In this document: positions 45,544 through 54,051 of the stretch, piece by piece
How the letters are laid out: each line of letters starts with the position of its first letter
Numbering within the stretch: the first letter of the stretch is position 1
Assembly (NCBI GenBank): GCA_039414355.1
Contig: JBCDJN010000002.1
Span: forward strand, 42,443-106,442
DNA from: Planctomycetota bacterium
Lineage (GTDB): Bacteria; Planctomycetota; Planctomycetia; Pirellulales; Lacipirellulaceae
Length of the DNA: 64,000 bases
Reading direction: 5' to 3'
Program-made: the position numbers and the translations under genes
The notes under the pieces: generated by a model
The model's input: the letters and a program-made list of their open reading frames with translations, nothing else
Database searches by the model: none
What the model was told of the DNA's origin: nothing

Positions 45544-46983
45544 ATGCGAGATTTCTGCAACCGCACCCGCCGCGAGTTCCTGTGGGAGACCGGCGGCGGC
45601 TTTGGCGCCGCGGCGCTAACCGGGATGCTGACCGCCGACGGCTACTTCGCCCCCGCCAACGCGGCGCCCTCCGCCAGCCCGCTCGCCCCCAAGCAGCCCG
45701 CTCTGCCGGCCAAGGCGAAGAGCGTCATCTTCCTGTTCATGTACGGCGGGCCGAGCCATATCGACACGTTCGATTACAAGCCCGGCATGGTGGGCATGGA
45801 CAACAAGACCGTCGCGGTCAAAACGTTCGGCCGGGGCGGCAAGCGGAACGAGGGCCGCATCATCGAGCCGCGGTGGAAGTTCAAGCAGCAGGGCGAGTGC
45901 GGCAAGTGGGTCAGCGATCTCTTCCCCAACGTCGGCCGGTGCGTGGACGACATCGCCTTCCTGCACAGCATGACCGCTGAGAGCCCGATCCACGGCTCGG
46001 CCATGCTCAACATGAACAGCGGCAAGCTCATCAGCGGCTCGCCCGCGATGGGCTCTTGGGTGACGTACGGCCTGGGGAGCGAGAACAAGAACCTGCCCGG
46101 CTTTGTGGTGATGCTCGACCCCTCCGGCGGGCCGATCAGCGGCGCCAAGAACTGGTCCAGCGGTTACATGCCCGCCACGCACCAGGGCGCCACGCTGCGG
46201 CACGAGGGCTCGCCGGTGCTCGACCTCTCCCGTCCGACTGGAACCACCCGGCCGATGCAGCGCGAGATGCTTGACACGCTGGCCGAGATCAACACCCGCC
46301 ACCACGCGAGCCGCCGCGACAATACCGAGCTGGCGGCCCGCATCGCCAGCTACGAGATGGCGTACCAGATGCAGATGTCGGCGCCCGAGGCGGTGGACCT
46401 TTCCCAAGAGAGCCAGGCGACGCTCGACGAGTACGGCGTGAACCAGAAGCCGACACACCACTTCGGCTCGCAATGCCTGATCGCCCGCCGGCTGGTGGAG
46501 CGCGGCGTGCGGTTCATCCAGCTCTACTCCGGCGGCGCCCACCTCGACGCGAACTGGGACGCGCACGGCGACCTGGTCCACAACCACACCACCCACGCCG
46601 GCGAGACCGATAAGCCGATCGCCGCGTTGCTGCAGGACCTCAAGCAGCGTGGCATGCTGGACGAAACGCTGGTTGTCTGGGGTGGCGAGTTCGGCCGCCA
46701 ACCCACGGCCGAGTACGCCAAGGGCACCGGCCGCGACCACAACAGCTACGGCTTCACCATGTGGCTCGCCGGCGGCGGCGTGAAGGGCGGCGTGAGCGTC
46801 GGCGCCACCGACGACCTGGGCGCCCGCGCCGTTGAGCGGCCGCTCGAAGTACGGCACCTGCACGCAACCGTGCTGCACCAGTTGGGTCTCGACCCGAACC
46901 ACCTCACGTACTTCTACAACGGGCTCGATCAGAAGCTCGTTGGCGTGGAGGGGGCGGAGCCGATCGCCGAAGTGATTGTGTAG
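45544..46983 (+). CDS. DUF1501 (sulfatase-like) protein with Tat signal
   Basis: 479-aa ORF with a twin-arginine leader (TRREFLWETGGGFGAAAL). The GRDHN motif lies near the C-terminus. It is the canonical partner of the upstream PSCyt/DUF1553 gene (20-nt gap). Confidence 0.93.
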   Translation: MRDFCNRTRREFLWETGGGFGAAALTGMLTADGYFAPANAAPSASPLAPKQPALPAKAKSVIFLFMYGGPSHIDTFDYKPGMVGMDNKTVAVKTFGRGGKRNEGRIIEPRWKFKQQGECGKWVSDLFPNVGRCVDDIAFLHSMTAESPIHGSAMLNMNSGKLISGSPAMGSWVTYGLGSENKNLPGFVVMLDPSGGPISGAKNWSSGYMPATHQGATLRHEGSPVLDLSRPTGTTRPMQREMLDTLAEINTRHHASRRDNTELAARIASYEMAYQMQMSAPEAVDLSQESQATLDEYGVNQKPTHHFGSQCLIARRLVERGVRFIQLYSGGAHLDANWDAHGDLVHNHTTHAGETDKPIAALLQDLKQRGMLDETLVVWGGEFGRQPTAEYAKGTGRDHNSYGFTMWLAGGGVKGGVSVGATDDLGARAVERPLEVRHLHATVLHQLGLDPNHLTYFYNGLDQKLVGVEGAEPIAEVIV

Positions 46984-47169
46984 CCAACCCACGACGCGAT
47001 CGCCGCGATGATGCCAAGCGACATGGCGACGATATCCGCGTTCTTCTCGTGCGCCCCGCTCAAGCCAGCTGGTATAGTGTCCGCGGGGCGGCGGTACAGC
47101 GAAGCGGAGGCGCCAAGCGATGTGGCAATGAAGCCTGCACCGATAGGCTTCATGAGGCTTGCCCACGCC

Positions 47170-47595
47170 ATGGCACGTCGAGACACAAAGCTGGAGTCCG
47201 AAGGGGCCGAGTTCTTAGTGCTCGGTCAGCTCCTGGTCCGCGGCGTGAGCTGCTACAAGGCTTACACGAACATGCGCGACTACGACCTGGTCGCCAACTC
47301 GCCCGACCTGCGGCGAGCCGTTACCATCCAGGTCAAGAGCCGCTGGGACTCGTCGGCACGCGGTTTCTTCCTGCGGAGCATCTCGACCGACTTCGTCGTT
47401 GCGGTCTTCTTGAACATGTCCGCCAGCGACGAAAGCCAAGGCCCGAAGCCGGTCTACTACGTGCTGCCGCGACGCATCCTCCGCAAGTACTGGCGGCGTG
47501 AGAACACCCCGAAGCTGTACTTGCCGGACATCTACCGGCTGGAACGCTACCGCTCGGCTTGGCACATGATTGTTGAAGAGCTGCGCCAGCGTTAG
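47170..47595 (+). CDS. PD-(D/E)XK nuclease-fold protein (Hjc/YraN-like), orphan
   Basis: I chose the ATG at 47170. ESEGAEFLVLGQLLVRGVSCYKAYTNMRDYDLVANSPDLRRAVTIQVKSR gives the E...D...QxK arrangement of restriction-endonuclease-like folds. The gene lies in a lower-GC islet. Confidence 0.6.
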   Translation: MARRDTKLESEGAEFLVLGQLLVRGVSCYKAYTNMRDYDLVANSPDLRRAVTIQVKSRWDSSARGFFLRSISTDFVVAVFLNMSASDESQGPKPVYYVLPRRILRKYWRRENTPKLYLPDIYRLERYRSAWHMIVEELRQR

Positions 47596-47664
47596 CGTAA
47601 CGCCTTTGATTGCGCCGCTGCCGGGTGGCAACGGCAACGACCACTTGCACACGAACGACGAAGC

Positions 47665-48405
47665 ATGCCCCGCACCGCTCTCATCACCGGCTCCACACGC
47701 GGCCTTGGGAAACAGATGGCGATTGCCCTCGCCAAGTCGGGCTACCGGGTCGCCATGAACTACTACGGCAACGCCGAGGTCGCCGAGCAGGCGTTCGCGG
47801 AGCTGCAATCGATTGGCGGGGAGCACTGCCTCGTCCGCGGCGATGTGACCGATGAGTCCGCCATCGCCGATCTGTTGGCTCAGATCGAATCGCAGATCGG
47901 CGGGGTTGATGTTCTCATCCCCAACGCCACCTGCGATCAGCCGCTCAAGCCGATCGAGGAGTACGACTGGGCGTTCTATCAGCGGATGGTCGACTTCTTC
48001 ATCAAGAGTCCGTTCCTGTTAACCAAGGCGTGCCTGCCGCACATGAAGTCGCAGCGCTGGGGACGCATCATTCACATCACCAGCGAGGTCTTCGAAGGCG
48101 CCTGGCCGAACTTCTGCCCTTACATCTCGGCCAAGGGCGGGCAGATCGGTTTGGCGAAGAGCAACGCGCGCGAGCTTGCCGGCGACGGGATCACCGTCAA
48201 CATGATCGCGCCCGGGTGGATCCCCGTCGAACGGCACGCCGACGCGACTGATGCGGATAAGGCGGATTACTTGGCGTCGGCGCCGATGGGCCGGTTCGGC
48301 GAGCCGAGCGACATCGCTAATGCCGTGCTTTACTTCGCCAGCGAAGAGGCGCGTTTCGTTACCGGCGCCACGCTTGCGGTGAATGGTGGAAGGACGATTT
48401 CTTAA
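47665..48405 (+). CDS. short-chain dehydrogenase/reductase (FabG-like)
   Basis: 246-aa ORF. ALITGSTRGLGKQMA is the TGxxxGxG motif. YISAKGG is the catalytic YxxxK. PGWI and a VNGG tail are present. Confidence 0.92.
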   Translation: MPRTALITGSTRGLGKQMAIALAKSGYRVAMNYYGNAEVAEQAFAELQSIGGEHCLVRGDVTDESAIADLLAQIESQIGGVDVLIPNATCDQPLKPIEEYDWAFYQRMVDFFIKSPFLLTKACLPHMKSQRWGRIIHITSEVFEGAWPNFCPYISAKGGQIGLAKSNARELAGDGITVNMIAPGWIPVERHADATDADKADYLASAPMGRFGEPSDIANAVLYFASEEARFVTGATLAVNGGRTIS

Positions 48406-49080
48406 GGCGATGAAAAGAACTTTCGCTTCGCCAAAAACTGCCCTTGAGCCGATTCCCACTCGCCCGTATCTTCCCGCCCAACACGACGCGGGCGACGCGG
48501 CGGAGACAGCCAGCAAGACGCTAGCACCCGCCGGCAACCCCATCGCCCGATGGTAACGGTTAACCCATCGACCTTCTTTTTCAGGAGGCGTTAGCGGACC
48601 GCAGGGATGTGGATCGGCTCGCCGAGTTCTTCCTAACTCTTGCCCCGCGCACCCGACCTAAACCACGTGGAGAGGTTCTGCGGGTCCATGTAGCCCCAGA
48701 GCCCGCGCAGCGGTTGGTCTTGGCATGGATGCCTGCCGCCGCTACGAGACACTCCCCCCGACGCAAGCAGTGAGGCCGATCCCCCCCGATAGGGTCTCAT
48801 GATGCAGCGTCCAATCGCTCCCGGAAAAGTTGCTACGTCGTCTGCCCCCCTGCGACGTGTGCTTTTCTGGGAGCTTTTTTTGCGCGCCTACGGCGGGCGC
48901 TCGTTGTGAGGCGCTCGGCGCTAGTTTCCGTGAAGCAATCCGTGAGCTAGTGCGAGCATCGCTTGTGCTGGCTTGATTGGTTCTCACTTCACTCGGGGTT
49001 CGTCCGCCGCTACACTCGCCGCCCCGCGTCGGCCCATCGCTGCCGACTCGTGGATCACTCGTTGGTCAAGGAAGACACGT

Positions 49081-50205
49081 ATGAGTAGTTCCGCCGTGAA
49101 ACGGACGAGCGGCGGCGCACGCGAGGACGCGATGACGCCGGGTGAACAGCTTCAAGCCGCGAAGGAGATCCTGCGGCGCGAGGCGGTGGCCCTTTGGACG
49201 CTTTCCAATCAACTCGGCCCGTCGATGACCGACGCCGTTGCGCTGCTGCGCCGCCACAGCACAGCAGGTGGCGGCAGCGTGATTGTTACCGGCATGGGCA
49301 AGGCGGGGCTGATCGGGCAGAAGATCGCCGCCACGCTGGCGTCCACCGGGACCCGAGCGCACTTCCTTCACCCGGCCGAGGCGTTCCACGGCGACCTGGG
49401 GCGGGTGCACAGCCAGGACGCGGTTCTGATGCTCACGCAGAGCGGCGAAACGGCCGAGGTGACTCAGTTGCTGCCGAGCCTGCGCGAGATGGGCGTGCCG
49501 ATCGTCGCCGTGACCGCGTCGGCCGAGAGCACGGTTGGCAAGGCGGCGGCCACGGTGATTGAGCTCGGCAAGCTCGAGGAGGCGTGCTCGCTCGGCCTGG
49601 CCCCCAGCACAACGACCACGGCGATGCTCGCGCTCGGCGACGCGCTGGCCCTCGTCCTCAGCGCGATGGCAGGCTTCAAGTCCGACGACTTCGCCCGCTT
49701 CCACCCGGGCGGTTCCCTCGGCCGGAAGCTGAGCCGTGTGGACGACTGCATGCGGCCGCTCGACGAGTGCCGGGTGGCGCCCGCCGCCCACACCACGCGG
49801 CAGGTGCTGGTGGAATGCGGCCGCCCCGGTCGGCGGACCGGCGCCGTGATGCTGACGGGCGAAGACGGCAAGCTCGCCGGTATGTTCACCGATAGCGACT
49901 TAGCCCGCTTGTTCGAGAAGGGAGAGAGCGCCGGCGGCGTGGACGCCACGCTCGACCGGCCCATCGCCGAGATCATGGCCGCTGATCCCACCACCATCGC
50001 CGCTGGCTCGCGGATGAGCGATGCGGTGGCGCTGCTGGCGCGGCGGAAGTTCAGTGAGCTGCCGGTGGTTGACCAAGCCGGCAAGCCGCTCGGCCTGGTG
50101 GACGTCACGGACATCGTCGGCTGGCAGCCGGAGAAGCCCGCCGCCAAGGAGTCGACGCCAACGATCCGGGTGTTCCCCAGCGAAGACGTCTACGCCGCCG
50201 GTTAA
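49081..50205 (+). CDS. kdsD: arabinose-5-phosphate isomerase (KpsF/GutQ family: SIS + tandem CBS domains)
   Basis: The ATG at 49081 is preceded by aagga. The SIS core is VIVTGMGKAGLIGQKIAATLASTGTRAHFLHPAEAFHGDLG...SGETAEV. The C-terminus has CBS pairs. An alternative start is the ATG at 49132. Confidence 0.9.
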   Translation: MSSSAVKRTSGGAREDAMTPGEQLQAAKEILRREAVALWTLSNQLGPSMTDAVALLRRHSTAGGGSVIVTGMGKAGLIGQKIAATLASTGTRAHFLHPAEAFHGDLGRVHSQDAVLMLTQSGETAEVTQLLPSLREMGVPIVAVTASAESTVGKAAATVIELGKLEEACSLGLAPSTTTTAMLALGDALALVLSAMAGFKSDDFARFHPGGSLGRKLSRVDDCMRPLDECRVAPAAHTTRQVLVECGRPGRRTGAVMLTGEDGKLAGMFTDSDLARLFEKGESAGGVDATLDRPIAEIMAADPTTIAAGSRMSDAVALLARRKFSELPVVDQAGKPLGLVDVTDIVGWQPEKPAAKESTPTIRVFPSEDVYAAG

Positions 50206-50215
50206 TCAGCCCAAC

Positions 50216-50707
50216 ATGATCAAACTGCTGCTCAGCGATGTCGACGGCGTCATGACCGATGGCTCCGTGGCGTACGACGCCAACGGGGTCGAGACAAAGA
50301 CGTTCAACATCCGCGACGGGCTGGGCATCAAGCTCTGGCAGCGGACGGGCTTTGAGTTCGGGATTGTTACCGGCCGCGATTCGGCGATCGTCGCACAGCG
50401 GTCCGCCGAGCTGGGCATCGGCATCGTCGTCCAGGGCGCCGGCGTGAAGATGCCGGTGGTTGAGCGGATCGCCGGCGAGCAGGGGGTAACGCTCGACGAG
50501 ATCGCCTACGTCGGCGACGACCTTCCTGACCTGCCGGTGATCCGGGCCGTGGGGTGCGGGGCGGCGGTGGCCGACGCGGCCGCGGAAGTGAAGGCGGGCG
50601 CCGACATCGTCTTGGAAACGCCGGGCGGCCGCGGGGCGGTCCGTGAGTTCATCGAAAAACTACTGCGCGAAGCCGGCAAGTGGGACGCCCTTATAAAAAC
50701 GTTCTAA
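50216..50707 (+). CDS. kdsC: 3-deoxy-D-manno-octulosonate 8-phosphate phosphatase (HAD superfamily)
   Basis: The ATG at 50216 lies 10 nt after the kdsD stop. LLLSDVDGVMTDG is the HAD DxD motif. FNIRDGLGIKL, GIVTGR and AYVGDDLPDL are also present. Confidence 0.9.
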   Translation: MIKLLLSDVDGVMTDGSVAYDANGVETKTFNIRDGLGIKLWQRTGFEFGIVTGRDSAIVAQRSAELGIGIVVQGAGVKMPVVERIAGEQGVTLDEIAYVGDDLPDLPVIRAVGCGAAVADAAAEVKAGADIVLETPGGRGAVREFIEKLLREAGKWDALIKTF

Positions 50708-50736
50708 CGGTTAGCGTATCAACGTCTTCGCGGTGA

Positions 50737-53700
50737 TTGGGTAGCAACTTGTTCGCTCGTCTCACAAGAACCGCGATCGCGTTTGGCGTGGTGCTGGTGC
50801 TTTACCAGTCGTACACGCTGCTGGCGGTGCCGCTGCTGGAGCCGCAGGTCGCCCGCAAGTCGTCCACCGGCGCCGCGAGCAGCGGACAGTCGGGGCGGAA
50901 CGCGGTGAGCAGCTACCAACGCATGCTCGCCGGCTACTTCCCGCCGGACCACTGGGCGCTGGTCGGTCTGCCGAAGGTCATCAAGTCCGGGTCGGTCTTG
51001 CTGGTAGTGGACGACTACGACAAGGACGACCGCGGCCGCGTCAACCTCACCAAGGTGGCGGCCGTGCTCACGCCCACGCCGCACGACCCCGGCCAGCCGC
51101 CGCCGACCGATGCCGTGGTGCTCGAAGCGCCGGGCGGCGCGTTGCTGCAGTTTGATGAGAACTTCCAGCCGGGCCGCGGGCGGATCGGGAAAATCGTCAG
51201 CGGCGACTTCCCCGGGCCGGTCACCATCCGCAGCGGCATGCGCGAGCCGGGGCCGCACGACGACCTGCTCATCACCACGCGCGACGTGAGGATGAACGAA
51301 ACCATGATCTTCACGCCGCACGACGTGAACGTGCGCTACGGGCGGAGCCGAGCGAGCGGCCGGCGGATGGAGATCAAGCTCATCCCGGACGAAACCGCCA
51401 CCGGCGGCGGGCTGAAGATTGCCGGCGTGGAGTCGATTGAGCTCTTCGAGAAAGTGGCGATGGAGCTCCGCCCCGATCAGCCGCAGCGGCGCCGCGCGAT
51501 GCGGCCCGCGAGCAAACCCGCCACATTGCGCGGCGAGGCCGCGGCGTGGGGGGACTCGCCGGGCACCGGCGCCCGCGCTCCCGTGAAGCTCAACACCGAC
51601 GAGCCGGTGCACATCACTTGCAGCGGGTCGTTCGAGATGAACCTGACCCGGTTCGTCGCCACGTTCCGCCAGCGTGTGCACGCGTGGCAGCAGCAGCCCC
51701 GCGGCCAGGCCGATCAACTGACGTGCCGCGACCTGCGGGTCTACTTCGGCGCCGGCGGCGATGGCGCCGCCGTGCAGATCGATCCTCGGCAGGAGCCGCA
51801 GGTCGCCGAGCGGCAGAAGCAGGCGCTCGCGTCGCTTCGGCCGCGTCGGCTGGAAGCGGTGGGCGTGCCGGTGCGGGTGGACTCGCCGTCGCGAGACGCC
51901 TCGGCCCGCGGCGGCCGGCTGGCTTACGACTTCATCGATCGGCTGCTCACACTCGACGGCGGCGCCACCGAGATCCGCAGCGGCGGCAACCGCGTCACCG
52001 CGCCGGCGATGCGCTACCGCCTGCCGGCCGAGGACTCCAACGCGGCGATCGGCAACCTGTGGGTGGCCGGCCCCGGTCGGTTGGTAGCCGCCGGGCCGGG
52101 GCGCCAGCCGGTGGAAGCCGAGTGGAACGCGGCGCCGGGCCATAACTTCCCGGTGACGCTCCTGCCGGATCAGCGTGGCCAACCCGTGCTCACCGTGCTG
52201 GGCAAGCCGCGACTCTCCGCGCCCGGGCGTGGCGACCTGGTTGCCAATCAGATCACGATGCGACTCATCGAAACCGTAGCCGACGGCCCCGAGGGCCCGG
52301 CTCTGGAAGTGGGCGGCGACAGTCAAGCGCTGCTGCCCGAGCGGATCGACGCCGACGGCGGCGTGACGATCGACTCGCCCCAACTCCGGGCCGAGACCGA
52401 GACCTTCGCCATCGCTTTCCATCAACGCGGCGCCTTGCCTGGCAAACGCAACGAGGCCGCCGCCGGTTCGAGTTGGTCGGACAACGCACCCGGCGGCGGT
52501 GGCGGTGGTGGCGGTGGCGCTGGCGCCGATCCTTCGCGCACCAAGTACAAGCTCACCACACGGCGTGCCGAGCTGGACGTTGATCAGATCGGTCCCGAGT
52601 TCTCACCCGCCGAGCTCCGCTGTTTGGGGGCGGTCGACTTCCGCGAGCTCTCGGGCCATCAACGCGGCGAGGCGCCGCTGCGGGTGGTTGGCGATCGGCT
52701 CACGGCCAACGGGCTCGCGGCCGGGCAACTCCAACTCAAGGTGGAAGGCGAGGGCAAGCGGCGCCCGGCGACCATCGCCGCCCGCGGGCTGACGCTGCAC
52801 GCCAACGAGGCGAACGTCGACCAAGCGAAGAACCGCATCTGGGCCGACGGCGCCGGCGACGCTCACTTCCGCACTTCGCGTGACCTGCTCGGCCAAGCCA
52901 CCGGCGCCGCGACCGACATCAACCTTCAGTGGCGAGACGGCTGGGTCTTTGACGGCCAGCGCATCACCGTCCGCGGCGAGGTGCACGGCGAGGCGGCCCA
53001 CGACTGGGTGCGGACCGGCGAGCTGGTGGCCACGCTCAGCCGGCCGATCAACCTGGCGGACGACCCCGGCAGCGCGGCCGGCACGGTGGAGATTAGATCG
53101 ATCGAGTGCCGACGCGGCGTGACCGCCGACCACCTCACCGTGGACGCCGGCGGCCAGCGTTCGCAGGAACGCGTCCACCTGAAGACTGCCGCCTTCAACC
53201 TGCTGACCGGCGAGTTCTCCGGCACCGGTCCGGGCTGGGTGCGGTCGATCCGGCTGACCGAAGGGGGCAGCCCGCTCGCGAAGCTCGATGGCCGGGCCGA
53301 TAACCCGTCGTCGGCTGGCCGCGGTGAGCCCAGCCGCGGTGAGCCCAGCCTCAACCTACTCCGTGTCCACTTCCAACAAGCGGTGTCTGGTCGCTGGGAA
53401 GGCCGCGGGCGGTTCGTGCAGTTCGACGGGCGGGTGCGATCGATCTACGCCCCGGTGCTGGCCTGGCAGGACGACATGCCGGTCACGCCCAGCGGGCCGT
53501 TGCCGCCCGACGCGGCGACGCTGCAGTGCGACCAGTTGCGGGTGAACGAAGACCCGCTCGCCAGCCGCTTGGCCGCGCCGGCGGGCGTATCGCAGGGCAC
53601 GCTGGCGCCGCTTGAGCTGACCGCCGTCGGCCATGTCCGCCTGGAAGGCGCCAGCGACGACGGCGGATCGTTCAACGCCCAGTCGTCCCGAGCAAGTTAC

Positions 53701-53910
53701 AACCAGCTCAAGGAACTCTTTGTTCTGGAAGGCGACGGCCGGTCACCCGCCAATCTGTGGCTCCGCAAGTCGGCGGCCGACGGCTGGCTGAAGCACCCCT
53801 CGGGCCGCATCGCCTACTGGCGGAAAACTGGCATCGTGCAGACCGAGAACTTCGGCGCCACCGAGTACACGCCGGCCGCCACCGCCACACGCCCGGCGAC
53901 GCAGCGTTGA
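50737..53910 (+). CDS. 1057-aa N-terminally anchored periplasmic protein with repeated OstA/LptA-like segments (function unproven)
   Basis: TTG start, with TM anchor AIAFGVVLVLYQSYTLLAV. Recurring beta-strand patterns resemble LptC/LptA, for example LTANGLAAGQLQLKVEGEG...ARGLTLHANEANVDQAKNRIWADGAG and FNAQSSRASYNQLKELFVLEGDG. The gene sits directly after kdsD-kdsC. Confidence 0.8.
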   Translation: MGSNLFARLTRTAIAFGVVLVLYQSYTLLAVPLLEPQVARKSSTGAASSGQSGRNAVSSYQRMLAGYFPPDHWALVGLPKVIKSGSVLLVVDDYDKDDRGRVNLTKVAAVLTPTPHDPGQPPPTDAVVLEAPGGALLQFDENFQPGRGRIGKIVSGDFPGPVTIRSGMREPGPHDDLLITTRDVRMNETMIFTPHDVNVRYGRSRASGRRMEIKLIPDETATGGGLKIAGVESIELFEKVAMELRPDQPQRRRAMRPASKPATLRGEAAAWGDSPGTGARAPVKLNTDEPVHITCSGSFEMNLTRFVATFRQRVHAWQQQPRGQADQLTCRDLRVYFGAGGDGAAVQIDPRQEPQVAERQKQALASLRPRRLEAVGVPVRVDSPSRDASARGGRLAYDFIDRLLTLDGGATEIRSGGNRVTAPAMRYRLPAEDSNAAIGNLWVAGPGRLVAAGPGRQPVEAEWNAAPGHNFPVTLLPDQRGQPVLTVLGKPRLSAPGRGDLVANQITMRLIETVADGPEGPALEVGGDSQALLPERIDADGGVTIDSPQLRAETETFAIAFHQRGALPGKRNEAAAGSSWSDNAPGGGGGGGGGAGADPSRTKYKLTTRRAELDVDQIGPEFSPAELRCLGAVDFRELSGHQRGEAPLRVVGDRLTANGLAAGQLQLKVEGEGKRRPATIAARGLTLHANEANVDQAKNRIWADGAGDAHFRTSRDLLGQATGAATDINLQWRDGWVFDGQRITVRGEVHGEAAHDWVRTGELVATLSRPINLADDPGSAAGTVEIRSIECRRGVTADHLTVDAGGQRSQERVHLKTAAFNLLTGEFSGTGPGWVRSIRLTEGGSPLAKLDGRADNPSSAGRGEPSRGEPSLNLLRVHFQQAVSGRWEGRGRFVQFDGRVRSIYAPVLAWQDDMPVTPSGPLPPDAATLQCDQLRVNEDPLASRLAAPAGVSQGTLAPLELTAVGHVRLEGASDDGGSFNAQSSRASYNQLKELFVLEGDGRSPANLWLRKSAADGWLKHPSGRIAYWRKTGIVQTENFGATEYTPAATATRPATQR

Positions 53911-54051
53911 CGCCTTGAGTCAGGAGTCTCGACTCCTCGGGACGCCAACCTCTATTGCCGCCCCACCGCACAGTGGTAGGCTTAGCGTACCGCTCGCTGC
54001 GCCCGTTCGCCTGCCGCCCGCCCGCCGCGTCCCTCGCTCTTGGCATCCTCC

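Noticed and set aside
45616-47166. 516-aa minus-strand ORF
   Set aside because: It is antisense to the DUF1501 gene, which has a Tat signal and family motifs. It is a shadow ORF.
46929-47186. 85-aa minus-strand ORF with two hydrophobic segments, diverging from the PD-(D/E)XK gene
   Set aside because: It would overlap the DUF1501 3' end by 55 nt, and its start would collide with the nuclease start. It has no motif. It is mentioned in the findings but is not supported as a feature.
48406-49080. Possible tmRNA, RNase P RNA, SRP RNA or 6S RNA in the long gap
   Set aside because: I found no GGAAAGTCC-type P4 motif, no tRNA-like 3' end (GGTTCGAATCC...CCA) and no SRP GGAA/AGCA helix-8 motif on either strand. 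The gap is kept only as an unexplained region.
50719-52425. 568-aa minus-strand ORF antisense to the 1057-aa gene
   Set aside because: Its Arg/Gly/His/Pro-rich composition is typical of the shadow frame of a high-GC gene. The plus-strand ORF is far longer and has a coherent signal/anchor and strand patterns.
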